The notes beneath the pieces are model-generated. The model was given only the letters and a program-made list of their open reading frames with translations, made no database searches and was not told the origin of the DNA. Below are positions 1 through 13,256 of a DNA stretch of 64,000 nucleotides, in pieces. Position 1 is the first letter of the stretch. Every line of letters begins with the position of its first letter. This DNA comes from Octopus vulgaris (taxonomy: Eukaryota). Position numbers and translations under genes: made by a program. The stretch lies in the NCBI GenBank assembly GCA_951406725.2, contig OX597835.1, positions 5,828,001-5,892,000 of the forward strand, in the 5' to 3' direction.

Positions 1-1
1 G

Positions 2-58
2 TAACTCGTTCTAGACGATTAGGCCGGTAAGTACTAAAAGCCGAAACTGTCCGAGTTA
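2..58 (+). ncRNA. Degenerate minimal type-I hammerhead-ribozyme-like motif (Penelope-type)
   Basis: Stem I TAACTCG (2-8) pairs with CGAGTTA (52-58); stem II GGC/GCC; GAAAC-T-GTC directly precedes stem I'. The 5' core reads TTCTAGACGATTA instead of CTGANGA. Confidence 0.35.
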
Positions 59-316
59 TACACACAGGTCGATGAATCTGTCTTCTCACTATGGTTCAAT
101 GTATGCATTGTCTTGTGTTAAACAGATGATGTTATCGACCTTCCACAGTAAAAATTGTTTCGCAGTTGTTAGGTTCTCTGTTTTTCTTCCAACTCTTTAT
201 GTTCTGAGTTCAAATCCACCCTAGTTCCCATTTGACTTTGATCATTCTGGGACCGATAAAACTCAAGTATGAAGACGGATTTCTCCCTGTTTCTGTCTCC
301 TTGTCACACACTTACC

Positions 317-375
317 CTCTCTCTCTCTCTCTTTCTCTCTCACTCTATCTATCTATCTATCTTTCTATATCTATG

Positions 376-470
<95 letters not shown>

Positions 471-521
471 ATCTATCTTTCTATCTATCCATCTATCTAT
501 CTATCTATCTATCTCTCACTC
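317..521. repeat. (CT)n/(TCTA)n compound microsatellite
   Basis: Direct reading; explains ORFs 232..525 and 269..643. Confidence 0.95.
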
Positions 522-865
522 TTAACCGAGCTAGCTGGCTATCAGACATTCATTATGAAATTCGCTGTGATTGTAAAAACATACATTTGAACCATTTTAT
601 CCAAGACAACCACTTCCAACCTGTCGTAGCCGAAGAATGTTGAAACGAAAACTGCCAGAGTGTGTCCCATTTAAGACAATGCCAAATATGGCAATATGTG
701 GCAACTTTGGGTGACTTTTTGGTGTGTGCTTTGGGGTATTTGTGTTATTTCCGACAGATGGAACAGCCAGGTAGTCTGACTCCTTGGTCACTCCCTGTGA
801 TACGAACTTTCACCCCTTTACTTGATATCCAAACTCTGTGCAATCAATTCTCTAAATACTGTCTT

Positions 866-3800
866 TTAGCTTTTGGCACACATATGCTCCTCTATAGCAT
901 AGCAACCATATCATATTGCTTTCTTAATGAATAATACTTTAGACAATGCAGTCCAAGGTAGACAGTGTCTATATAAAAATATGAGGGTCGAAGCATTTTT
1001 CACCCCAGGTATACTTGGTCCTTGCTTATTTGAGTTTAAGCAACAACAACAATTTTTAAAGATTAGCATATTTGTGTGTCCAGTCACGTCGTTGACAAAC
1101 GGTGAAATTATAGTTAAATTTAATTCGTTAAATAGAATTATATATATAAAGTTTATTATACACACATGACATTCCAGGCTATATGGTGTTCCAGTTAGGA
1201 TCGGGTTTAATATTGCATCATACCAAAATATGTTAATCATATTTTAATTAACCACTTGGGGTTGTTGCTTCAACCTCATTAATTATAAGTCAGGTTGTTG
1301 ATTACGTCGTTATAATTATAGAGGTCAGCCAGACAGATAATTTAGCACGGTCTCCTCTTTCTTTCTTTTTTTCCCCCTCTTGTCTCAAGATCAATCAACA
1401 GCGAAAATTTGCAGACACGATTATAGCTAGCCGAATTTCCCTATAATCTATGTCAAACAGGGTGATACACGCAGCCTGGAGGCGATAGTGAAAACGATAC
1501 ATCTGAATTTCTTGCAAAATTCCTGTTTTTAGCTGAAATAAAACAGCAACTTTGGCGCGTAGCGCCATAAAGTCTGAAAGAAGTCATTTTCTAACAATTT
1601 GTTTTTGTTATGAATTAAACAATTCTAAGTATTTATAGGTGAAAGAAAAATACAACCGATTCCATTCGATCATTTGCGTTGGACATTTACCAAAAAAAAA
1701 AAGAAGAAAAAAAAGTACGGATGAAATTTAAATCCAGAGGCAGACAAAAAAATAAAGAATAATTCTAAATTCCATATCAATAAAAATAGATCACCTAATT
1801 GATCGGAGATCGAATGAGAAACACGATAATCTAAAGAGAAAGCGCTGTTTCTATTAATTTAGACGCCATAGCCTCTACAACTGATAAACGATATTTCTCT
1901 TAATAACAAGGGAAGAACAATTTTCCAGGGTTTCCTTCTGCAGAAGAGACATACAGTAGGTCTTGTTTGATATAATCTCTTTTTTTAACTCTTTACTGGA
2001 CGGCAAACATGCTAAGGCAGCGTCTTGAAGGGTTCAGATGAACAAACTGACCCCAGCATTTGTCTTCATGTCTGGTATTTATTCTCTCGATTCTTGTTGC
2101 AGAACCGATAGACTCCGGGAGAGTAAACAAACCAATATCAGCTGCTAAGCCGTAATGAGGGACAACACATCTATCACACACACATATATGTCTGGGAAAC
2201 GAATCCGCGATCCTATCACCGCTAATCCGCTGCTCTAACCGCTGGGCCATTGCCCCTCCACTGTTTGTTTATAATTAGATACTATTAGGAATTGTATTAA
2301 AAAATCAAAATATTTTGTGTATTGTAGAAGTAAAAGCAGTTTATTGTACGTAATTTTTAACAATAAAATCTTATATGAACCCCAAGGGGTCATACGACCC
2401 TCGGTTGAGATCCACTGTCCTCGGATTAGGGGCAACTCAAGACAGAGAAAACAGAATCAAGCTGCTGCTGCTGTTGTTGTTGTTGACGCATAGGCCTAAG
2501 TCTGCTCTGTTCAAGTAGGCGTATAATACGCTACTAACCTGTAGAGCGAATAGAGCCCTAGACATCTGTAGAGCCCTACACATCAGTAGAGCCCTACACA
2601 TCTGTTTCTTAGCTTTTGGCACACATATGCTCCTCTCCACTACCAGCTAGAAATAGCAACCAAAATTTTATCATATTGAACCTTTCTTTCTTAAGGGGGT
2701 GAATAATACTTTAGACAATGCAGTCCAAGGTAGACAGTGTCTATATAAAAATATGAGGGTCGAAGCATTTTTCACCCCAGGTATACTTGGTCCTTGCTTA
2801 TTTGAGTTTAAGCAACAACAACAATTTTTAAAGATTAGCATATTTGTGTGTCCAGTCACGTCGTTGACAAACGGTGAAATTATAGTTAAATTTAATTCAG
2901 TTAAATTCTATTAGTGACATGATAAAGACATTTAAACAGGATGTTCCAGTTCCAGGCTACTGGGTTTTCGATATAGGATCGTCTGTACCACTAAAAGTTA
3001 TTCAAAAATATGTTAATCATATTTTAATTAACCACTTGGGGTTGTTGCTTCAACCTCATTAATTATAAGTCAGGTTGTTGATTACGTCGTTATAATTATA
3101 GAGGTCAGCCAGACAGATACAGGAAGGAGATTGTTACTCGTTTCCCCCTTTTGCATGGTCTGTTGATATCAAGAGGTCAGACAACAGCGAAAATTTGCAG
3201 ACACGATTATAGCTAGCCGAATTTCCCTATAATCTATGTCAAACAGGGTGATACACGCAGCCTGGAGGCGATAGTGAAAACGATACATCTGAATTTCTTG
3301 CAAAATTCCTGTTTTTAGCTGAAATAAAACAGCAACTTTGGCGCGTAGCGCCATAAAGTCTGAAAGAAGTCATTTTCTAACAATTTGTTTTTGTTATGAA
3401 TTAAACAATTCTAAGTATTTATAGGTGAAAGAAAAATACAACCGATTCCATTCGATCATTTGCGTTGGACATTTACCAAAAAAAAAAAGAAGAAAAAAAA
3501 GTACGGATGAAATTTAAATCCAGAGGCAGACAAAAAAATAAAGAATAATTCTAAATTCCATATCAATAACTTTCGCTCTACCTTAGCGAGATTTCCCACG
3601 CAAAGTTCCCTGTAGAGAAATTGTTTCGTGTGAAGTGCTCTAGCATAAGACACTGATAAACGATATTTCTCTTAATAACAAGGGAAGAACAATTTTCCAG
3701 GGTTTCCTTCTGCAGAAGAGACATACAGTTAAGTAGGGTCTATGTTTGATGATAATCTTTTACCTTTTATCTGCTTCAGAGACTGGACGGCAAACATGCT

Positions 3801-4393
3801 AAGGCAGCGTCTTGAAGGGTTCAGATGAACAAACTGACCCCAGCATTTGTCTTCATGTCTGGTATTTATTCTCTCGATTCTTGTTGCAGAACCGATAGAC
3901 TCCGGGAGAGTAAACAAACCAATATCAGCTGCTAAGCCGTAATGAGGGACAAACAGAAAAATACATACATGCGGACAGAAAGACATATATGTCTGGGAAA
4001 CGAAACCGCGATCCTATGACCGCGAATCCGCTGCTCTAACCGTTGGGCCATTGAGCCTCCACTGTATGTTTATAATTAGATATTATTAGGAATTGTATTA
4101 AAAAATTAAAATATTTTGTGTATTGTAGAAGTAAAAGCAGTTTATTGTACATAATTTTTAACAATAAAATCTTATATGAACCCCAAGGGGTCATACGACC
4201 CTCGGTTGAGATCCACTGTCCTCGGATTAGGGGCAACTCAAGACAGAGAAAACAGAATCAAGCTGCTGCTGCTGTTGTTGTTGTTGACGCATAGGCCTAA
4301 GTCTGCTCTGTTCAAGTAGGCGTATAATACGCTACTAACCTGTAGAGCGAATGAGCCCTACACATCTGTAGAGCCCTACACATCCGTTTCTTA
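866..4393 (+). repeat. Tandem direct duplication, ~1.75-kb unit (866-2611 / 2609-4393), with mosaic identity
   Basis: Identical tracts (927-1127 vs 2699-2899; ~1396-1782 vs ~3183-3568; ~1995-2164 vs ~3782-3952) alternate with poorly alignable blocks. Duplicated ORFs in the track (927/2699, 2235/4036). Confidence 0.9.
2191..2417 (-). mobile_element. SINE-A head (2191-2262) abutting a hAT-type MITE fragment (2262-2417); second copy at 3991-4218
   Basis: Minus strand gives TGGAGGGGCAATGGCCCAGCGGTTAGAGCAGCGG (tRNA-like head). The adjacent piece starts CAGTGGATCTCAACC, a hAT-type terminus. Confidence 0.6.
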
Positions 4394-4623
4394 TTTCAGA
4401 TGTACCATGATCGAGTCCCGATGAAGAAGAAATCTATCTGTAAGTTGTTTTTGTTGTCAAAGATTACCAATATACAGGATTTGTGTCTGGTATGGTCTGG
4501 TTTGTTCAAGTCTGGTAGGGCCTGCCCGCGTTAGGAAACTCCCCATATGTAGGGCATGTATCAGAATGTATTTTACTTAGGCTACTGGTACCTCGATTTT
4601 GTTCCTTCTCAACAGCATAAGCA

Positions 4624-5000
4624 GTGGAGGCACAATGGCCCAATGGTTAGGGCAGCGGACTCGCGGTCGGAGGATCACGGTTTCGATTCCCAGACCGGGC
4701 GTTGTGTATGTTTATTGAGCGAAAACACCTAAAGCTCCACGAGGCTCCGACAGGGGGTGGTGGCGACCCCTGTTGTAATCTTTCGCTCCAACTTTTTCTC
4801 ACTCTTTCTTCCTGTTTCTTGTCCCCAACTTCCTACGCAACCGCTGAGCCTTCATGCGCATTCATCCATCCGTCGATGCTCTCGGTGTCGGGTGTTGACC
4901 TGCTTTCTCTTCTGCGGGTCTTACGAATAAACAAAGGACCACATTTCGGACTTCTCCCATCTTGCGAGCTCTGGAACGAAAACCGTTCGCTCAACAGTGA
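4624..5000 (+). mobile_element. tRNA-derived SINE group A, tail type T1
   Basis: A-box TGGCCCAATGG, B-box-like GGTTTCGATTCCC, shared body TTTATTGAGCGAAAACACCTAAAGCTCCACG. The tail from ~4820 is not seen in other copies. Confidence 0.85.
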
Positions 5001-5112
5001 CAGCAGCAACGATCGTAGCAGCTCGACGCTCTAACTGTTTATCTGAGCGTATACTCGACTGCGTATACTTATATATATATTAATATAACATATATATATA
5101 TATATACACATT

Positions 5113-5144
<32 letters not shown>

Positions 5145-5557
5145 TATATACATATATATATACGTAACGTATGTTATCGTTTAGAATGCTAAGTATATGA
5201 TATGTGTGAAATATGTATGTCTATATATAAAGCATTACTAGAGAGAGAGAGTGCATTTACACGATTATATATGTTATCTGACTAAATGGCTTTTACTAAA
5301 AATAAGAGTTAAAATATCTCAAAATTGCCACAAAAGCAATGTCCTGTAGCATTTGAGTTGTTTTCAACTTTTATTTTTAGCAAGGTTATGCTGCTAGCCA
5401 GGTTCAAATTAACATTCTATCTTATGCAAATGTGCAATATGAAGTTTGGTTGTGAATTCTTTCAATCTATAAATCAATTGCTACCCGAAAGATTACAAAT
5501 CATCTGCAGTTTGGCATAACGAGTTGTGACAGGTGAGTTGCTGTCGATTATTTTCTA

Positions 5558-5622
<65 letters not shown>

Positions 5623-5647
5623 ACATGAATCTATGCATGTATGTATG

Positions 5648-5694
<47 letters not shown>

Positions 5695-5727
5695 GCATAT
5701 ATACATACATATATATATATATATATA

Positions 5728-5956
5728 GGGCGGCGAGCTGGCAGAAACGTTAGCACGCCGGGCGAAATGCTTAGCCGTATTTCGTCTGCCGTTAAGTGTT
5801 CTAGGTTCAAAATCCGCCGAGGTCGACTTTGCCTTTCATCCTTTCGGGGTCGATAAATTAAGTACCAGTTACGCACTGGGGTCGATGTAATCGACTTAAT
5901 CCCTTTGTCTGTCCTTGTTCGTCCCTTCTATGTTTAGCCCCTTGTGGGCAGTAAAG

Positions 5957-5960
<4 letters not shown>
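5728..5960 (+). mobile_element. SINE group D monomer
   Basis: GGCGGCGAGCTGGCAGAAACGTTAGC head, GGTTCAAAATCC B-box, central GCCTTTCATCCTTTCGGGGTCGATAAATTAAGTACCAG (resembles a conserved SINE central domain, Meta-like from recall); ends in (TA)n. Confidence 0.85.
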
Positions 5961-5989
<29 letters not shown>

Positions 5990-6220
5990 TATAAAAATTA
6001 TATATAAAGAAACAAGAACGTGAAATACACAAAGGGACGAACACAGAAAACAGACGGGTCATTCGAACCCTTTAATCTTCAGTCAGAAACCGCATCATCA
6101 TAGCAAATTTCGGCTGATTGTCGGTGTATTTAATAGATGCAGTCACAGAAATATGCGTACGCATTTATATGTATACATAATATATATATATATATTATAT
6201 ATACATACATACATATATAA

Positions 6221-6555
6221 AAGACCCCCTTCGGTCATGAATGACCATGGGATTGCACCTAGAAAGTTACCTTCCTAGATACAAGTCCGGGCAAGGTTGT
6301 TTATGGAAGACCAGCAGTCGCCCATGCATACCAGCCTCCCTCTCCACGCCACCAGTGTTATCCAAGGGAAAGACAAAGGTCGATACAGCTTGGCACCAGT
6401 GACGTCGCAACTCATTTCTACAGCTGAGTGAACTGGAGCAACGTGAAATAAAGTGCCTTGCTCGAGAACACAACACGCAGCCCGGTCCGGGATTCGAGCT
6501 CACAACCTCACGATCGTAAGCTCGACGCTCTAACCACTGAGCCATGCACCTTCAC
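6221..6555 (-). mobile_element. tRNA-derived SINE group B, tail type T5
   Basis: Minus: GTGAAGGTGCATGGCTCAGTGGTTAGAGCG head, GTGTTCTCGAGCAAGGCACTTTATTTCACGTTGCTCCAG body; homologous to 56126-56457. Confidence 0.85.
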
Positions 6556-6559
6556 ATAC

Positions 6560-6599
<40 letters not shown>

Positions 6600-6600
6600 T

Positions 6601-6632
<32 letters not shown>

Positions 6633-6992
6633 TATATACATATATATATACGAACGTAGTTATATTTAGATGTAAGTATATGTATGTGTAAATATGTATG
6701 TCTATATATAAATATTACTAGAGAGAGAGAGAGAGGTCACAAAACTGATAGAGGTTACTGACCGGCACCGCTTTTACTAAAAATAAGAGTTAAAATATCT
6801 CAAAAGCCACAAAAGCAATGTCCTGTGGCATTTGAGTTGTTTTCACTTTTATTTTTAGCAAATGCTGTGCTAGCCAGTAACTGTCTGTCACTTTCGTGAC
6901 TTCTATGAATTTTGATTTTAGGTTCTAATTGCTAAAAAGCACCCCCTTTTGATCTGTTATATATATATATATATATATGCATATGTATAGTT

Positions 6993-7066
<74 letters not shown>

Positions 7067-7151
7067 ATATGTATATGTATATATATATATAGTCCAATAA
7101 CACTATACTTGTTCCACGTCCTGGCATTTTTGTGTTTTCTTTGTGTTTTCC

Positions 7152-7182
<31 letters not shown>

Positions 7183-7315
7183 CTACATGTGTGTTTGTGT
7201 ATTATGTATCTATATGTATATATATATATATATATTCATATTTATCTATATACACATATATGCAAGCATAGATGTATGCATACATATATACATAATCGCA
7301 TACATACATACATAA

Positions 7316-7380
<65 letters not shown>

Positions 7381-7384
7381 AGGA

Positions 7385-7452
<68 letters not shown>
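7316..7452. repeat. (GAAA)n microsatellite
   Basis: Direct reading. Confidence 0.95.
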
Positions 7453-8125
7453 GTCAGAGAATATATATATATATTTTCTTTCCTGGTACGATATATAAAC
7501 ATATTTCCATCTGAATCTAGATCGATTATTCATTTGCATTGTTCGGTGATAACATTCCTTGGGGGGAAGATACTAAAGACATCAATCTTTTCCCCCAAAA
7601 CGATATTTCTGAAACTTCATGGAAACCAGGAGAGAGGTGAAACATTGTGATGGCAGACGACACCTATTTAATAATCTCAATATAGAATAAAACAAAGGGA
7701 AAACGATAACAAGATAAACAAAAGTAATATAAACGGTAACGGGTAATCAGAAAATTGACAGACGGAATCTATCATTTTGGAGGTTTTCTCCAAGATAAAT
7801 TATCCAAGAATAACTCTTTTAGTTTCATTGTATATAAATAACAGCAGTGTGTAAAATGGTGTCTGATGTTGTGAATTGCCATACGTATGTGTGTGTATGC
7901 ACGTATGTGTGTGTATGCACGTATGTGTGTGTGTATGTATATATCTTTGTATATATGCATGTATGTATGTACGTATCTATTAATGTATGTAGGTATGAGC
8001 GTGTATATATATATATATATATAATTAATCAATATAGGGTGGCAAAAAAAATTTGTAGAATTCTTTTGCCACCAGCGGCCTAGTGGGAAAAAATTAAATA
8101 GTCATAAACCATTTTTAAGTTCAAC

Positions 8126-8346
8126 ATCACAATCAAGGAACGGCCATAATAGGCCATTCACCCACTAGAAATAACAGCCAAAATGCAAAATAACATCAAT
8201 TCCGTAAACCAGGAGAAAATTAAAAAAATTACAGGGTAAATGTTTTTTAATTTTCTCCTGGTTTACGGAATTGATGTTATTTTGCGGTTAAAGCTTTTGG
8301 TGTTATTTCTAGTGGGTGAATGGCCTATTATGGCCGTTCCTTGATT

Positions 8347-8350
<4 letters not shown>
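8126..8350. repeat. Inverted repeat, ~100-bp arms, ~14-nt loop
   Basis: AATCAAGGAACGGCCATAATAGGCCATTCACCCACTAGAAATAACA...AATTAAAAAA (8131-8228) is the reverse complement of 8243-8346 apart from small indels. Confidence 0.9.
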
Positions 8351-8404
<54 letters not shown>

Positions 8405-8658
8405 TTGTATATATATATATGCGTGTGTGTGTGTGTGTGTGTGTGTATGTATGCATATGCCTTTAATGTATAATCTTCTACTTATTTTAGTTATTAGTCT
8501 GCGGCCCTGCTGCGGGTCCACCTTGAAGACTATGTCCTTAGTCTAACTATGCACTTGCTACTAAAGGTGGTGCTCCAGCATGGCCGCAGTCAAATGACTG
8601 AAACAAGTAAAAGAAAAAAAAGAAAAGAATATATATATATACACACACTCACACACAC

Positions 8659-8689
<31 letters not shown>

Positions 8690-8693
8690 CACA

Positions 8694-9362
8694 TGCAGGC
8701 CGCACTGTGCTAGATTACGCAAAAATAAAAATAACACTGACATCTCATTTTAACAGATATATTTACCAAAATTACATTTGAAATATCTTGAAATAATCAA
8801 GGGGATTACAATCTGGGTAGTTAGGTGATCAGATGTTGGGGTGATGTGATCGCAGAAATTGTCTGACAGCCATGACTGGGTTCTCCTGCTTGTGTGGCAT
8901 GGTGCAGATATTTGTTACCAGACATAGGGTCTACCAGCAGCTACCTTATGACCCAGGGTAGCAACTAGCTCCTCTAGGCTCTTGGTGTAGGCCTCCATGT
9001 TGAGTCTGAGGTCGTGTGGGAAGATGAATGGAGGCATATCGTCGCCATCGCTAGTGATCACTCCAAACACCATGATGTTGACTGGATGTTTGATGTTTGT
9101 CACTCTCGGTAAATGTCCTCAGATTGCACTGTCCTCAGATTGACACCCAAAAACTCTGAAGTGATTTATTGGAGCTTCCGGCGTGAATGCCAAGCAGCAC
9201 AGCATGGCGTTTCCAATTTTCTGGCAGCATGAATTGCATCATGGTGCTGTTTTTTCTCACAGACGGTGCTCAACTGCCCTACTATACTGTGTAGTCGACA
9301 AAGCAAAATTGAAAAATTAGAAAATATAAAATGGTGATAATTTAACCGTCGCACCTTGGATA
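8694..9362 (-). mobile_element. Internally deleted Tc1/mariner-superfamily element, DD37D (maT)-like transposase remnant
   Basis: Minus translation KHPVNIMVFGVITSDGDDMPPFIFP..AAGRPYVW*QISAPCHTSRRTQSWLSDNFCDHIT/PNI*SPNYPDCNPLDYF, with stops and a frameshift. 37 residues separate the (mutated) second catalytic position and the NPLDY aspartate. Confidence 0.85.
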
Positions 9363-9370
9363 TACATACC

Positions 9371-9423
<53 letters not shown>

Positions 9424-9675
9424 TTTAAATTTTAAATCTATTTGTATAGACGGTCACACTAAAGATCTACGGACAAATTGCGTAAGTAAAATTACGTAAT
9501 ATGTTAATAGTGAAACATATATGTGAATAATCTATATTTTTGTTACTTTTCATTTATCTTGCTCGCTTACGTTCTGGTGTTTGCTAAATTTTTTCTTGAG
9601 AACATTTCTTAGTGGTAAAACCATAGCGGATCTACATCTAGCATGAGGGTTGTCCACATAGTGGTCATCCCTCTC

Positions 9676-9726
<51 letters not shown>

Positions 9727-10181
9727 GTGTGTGTGTGTGTGTGTGTATGTATGCATATGCCTTTAATGTATAATCTTCTACTTATTTTAGTTATTAGTCT
9801 GCGGCCCTGCTGCGGGTCCACCTTGAAGACTATGTCTGGTACTTAGTCTAACTATGCACTTGCCGGACCGCTATGTTACGGGGATGTAAACAGTCATCAG
9901 TTATAAAAATTCTAACAGTTAAATTTTTATCTCTCTACTCTGAAGATAGAGACCGGGTCTATCCGCCGTCGTTTATTTCCTTCCATTACTTGCTGCATAT
10001 TTTGGAGAACTACACCTGACAAGATTAAGAAGTAACCCCAAGTCCCCTGTCGAACTTGTAGCAGCATAGTTTCTCCTCTTTAATTCTCTGTGTCTTTCTG
10101 ATCTGTGTAGGTTTGCCGTTAGTATATACATATCAATATATCTATACTTGAGTATTCATCGTCTGAAAATTTTCCGTCTTT

Positions 10182-10242
<61 letters not shown>

Positions 10243-10394
10243 TTCTTTCTCTCTCTCTCTCTGTTTCTTTCTTTCTGTCCTTCTCCCTTTCTCTCTCTCT
10301 CAATTTGCATGAATACAAATATATATATTTTGTATATCATGCACAAGCAGTTTTATTTCCTTATTTGCATCATTCACGCTCTCTCTCTCTCTCT

Positions 10395-10436
<42 letters not shown>

Positions 10437-10446
10437 TATAGATGTC

Positions 10447-10482
<36 letters not shown>

Positions 10483-10806
10483 CGTATTGTATCTATATAT
10501 ACGTAGTGAAAGTGCCAAAGGGGTTACACAAATTTCCCTTTTCATTCCTAAGGTATCGGTCAACAGAAATCTTCGGTGGTCAAAGTAAAGAGATTCTCTT
10601 TTAGACTAACATGTTGAACGGAAACTAAACTCAAAAATAGTCTTGGAATCCTGAGCATCGATCTCTTCAGCGGATGATCGCGAGTGTATTCAGTGCTGGA
10701 AACTAGAAGAACTCTGTTGGCCTTACACAATGTGTTATAGTGTGTGAATGTGTGGATGTGACTATGTGAATGTAGCCAAATTTGTATGTATTCATACATG
10801 AATGCA

Positions 10807-10842
<36 letters not shown>

Positions 10843-10998
10843 TCTGTGCACACACTTGAATATTAGGTGTTGGAGTGAGCCTAACTTTGGATGTATGTAT
10901 GTGTGTAAGTGCGTATTTATTGATATATATGTGCATATATAAATCTCCATGTAGGTATTTATATGTATAGACGGATATACAGATGAATATATATATAA

Positions 10999-11071
<73 letters not shown>

Positions 11072-11564
11072 AGTAATGTGTTTCTGGGCGATATATCATC
11101 TGGAGTAGAGGAGAGATAAAAGCGGCATATCATACGAAGCTTTCAACAAGACTACAACTCACTGGAAGCTTTTTCTTTAGCAGATATGAAATTACGAGGA
11201 TGTGAACTGAATTATCTGAAAACAGCAGCCCCCGTTGTTTGGTGTGCTCAAACAAATTTGAAACACATGCCAGGAATGTTGTTGTTGTTATATTCTATCT
11301 AGAAAGAGATGGAAGAAGAGGTATTGAGATTATAAAACAGTTGAACAGCCAAATGCATAAGTGTAGAATACATATTTATGTGAATGTGCATAGATGTTAG
11401 TAATATAACTAAGAGGACTACTGTACAATAGAGAACTTCGTACATGCCTTAATCTGCAATCTAGGATTGAATTATTTTACGAAGAAAAATTATCAAGCTC
11501 TAGAATGGGAGTTTTTTTGTCGAAACATTATGCAAATAAAAGTCAAAGGCCATATATATGTAAG

Positions 11565-11880
11565 TATGACTGTGTGGTTAAGACGCTCGCTTTACAACTG
11601 TGTGGGTTCGAGTTCGAAACCCACTGCTCGGTATTTTGGGAAAAAGTTCTCAACTATAGACCCGTGCAGAACAATACCTTGGGAGTGAATTCATAAGCAA
11701 AGTGTCGCTATAACAGCCCGTCTTATATGTATATGTATTTGTGTGTGCGTTCGTTTGTTTACGTCCCCATAACTTTCAGTAAAACTGACGATAGTATAAG
11801 TACTATATTTGCAAAATATACGTCCTGTGTTCGTTTTTCCAAACTAAGCCCTTCGAGGTGGTTCCGTGTATTAACACGAC
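11565..11880 (+). mobile_element. Old degenerate SINE group C copy
   Basis: GACTGTGTGGTTAAG..CCCACTGCTCGG..TTTACGTCCCCATAAC..ATAAGTACT collinear with 49127-49531. Confidence 0.55.
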
Positions 11881-12839
11881 AGACTTGCTACTACGATTGT
11901 CATTGCGATTGAATTATACAATAATTATTATAGTATTACATAAGGGGGATCAGCCATCTGAATGTGGCTAGGGACAGGGCAGGGTGGTGGGGGTGTTACT
12001 GATGCATTTAGCCCCAGGCGATCATCGACGTCACCAGAAGGGCCGACACCATCTCGGTGTCCTTGCCAGCCTGCAAAGGGAGATCAGCCTCCCCGAAGAT
12101 ACGGATACTACATACGGACTGGTTTCGAGGTTATAGTTTATAAATTGTATTCGTATTACAACAATGTTGTTGGTTGCTTCTGAAAGTATTGATAAAGTTT
12201 AGATATGCACCATATATGGTCCCTTATCTTCTCCCTTCCATGGTGTGCGAATAATAATCATTGTTTTAAGTAACTTCAAATCTGGTTACCCCTAGAAGAT
12301 TAGTAAATTCAATTTCCATTGCTGTATCGTAAAATATAATAATTACGGAATTCTCCCTGCCATAGATTAAGCAAACAAAGAGAGGATTTTTCATTATATT
12401 TCTTTTCATGTCTACTACGTAATTATCCCTGCGAGAAAATAATAAACGTAGAAGATTATTATTAGTTAATTGAAACAATTAATTTTTTTATACCAACTAA
12501 TCTAAAGAGATAAAAGAGTTGCTGTATTGAAGATGTAATCGTTTATATTTTTTTTTCTTGTAGTAACACGTAGGAGAAGACTTAGTTACTTAATTATATA
12601 CATTTATATACACACATATATTATTATTGTATGTTGTGATGACAAGAGACTATCTTGAACATAAAATGGCTTCAATTAATGTGTGTTTGAGATAGAGTAA
12701 AGTGATTATCGATGGTTGTGGTTTGCACTTAATTGTATCGTCCGTTAAAATGCTTTTGCTGTTTGTTTTTTTAATTGTAATTGATGTAAGATTGAATAAT
12801 TAACGCTCGCGTTCATAACACAGACATTTGAATTAATTA

Positions 12840-12963
12840 TTACAATCCAGCCGTCCTTTCCAGACGGGATTTCGTCTTTCTGAACCGAATTGCCCCTGAA
12901 GTGAACTGAGCTTTTCGACTTTCTTTTAAACTGAGTCCTTTTTTGTTTATGCACTGATTTTGC
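12840..12963 (-). CDS. Possible terminal coding exon, unknown product
   Basis: ACAG| acceptor at 12964-12965 with a weak pyrimidine tract. Phase-2 join to the 14019 exon gives QNQCINKKGLSLKESRKAQFTSGAIRFRKTKSRLERTAGL*, then AT-rich UTR-like sequence. Confidence 0.2.
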
Positions 12964-13137
12964 CTGTTCATGTACGGGTGTGGGTGTAGGCGGGAATGGA
13001 TGCGCGCATGTGTGTGCGCGCTCTCTCAGTATTTTTTCTTTTTACTTCATGTGGTATATAACAAATATTGACTTGTAAGCCTTTAGTATAATTGTTAGTA
13101 TATTATGCTAATGTGTGTGTGTGTGTGTGTGTATATG

Positions 13138-13204
<67 letters not shown>

Positions 13205-13256
13205 TATATGTATATGTATATGTATATATAATTACATCTATATGTATATATACATG

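Larger units (their letters stand above)
5010..6960 (+). repeat. Noisy direct duplication 5010-5520 vs 6510-6960
   Basis: Shared GCTTTTACTAAAAATAAGAGTTAAAATATCTCAAAA..GCCACAAAAGCAATGTCCTGT at ~5289 and ~6770; many indels elsewhere. Confidence 0.75.

Noticed and set aside
4626-4700. tRNA-Arg-like sequences (also 20973, 39928, 6480-6555)
   Set aside because: They continue into SINE body and tail, some have TSDs, and they lack a proper acceptor stem: SINE heads, not tRNA genes.
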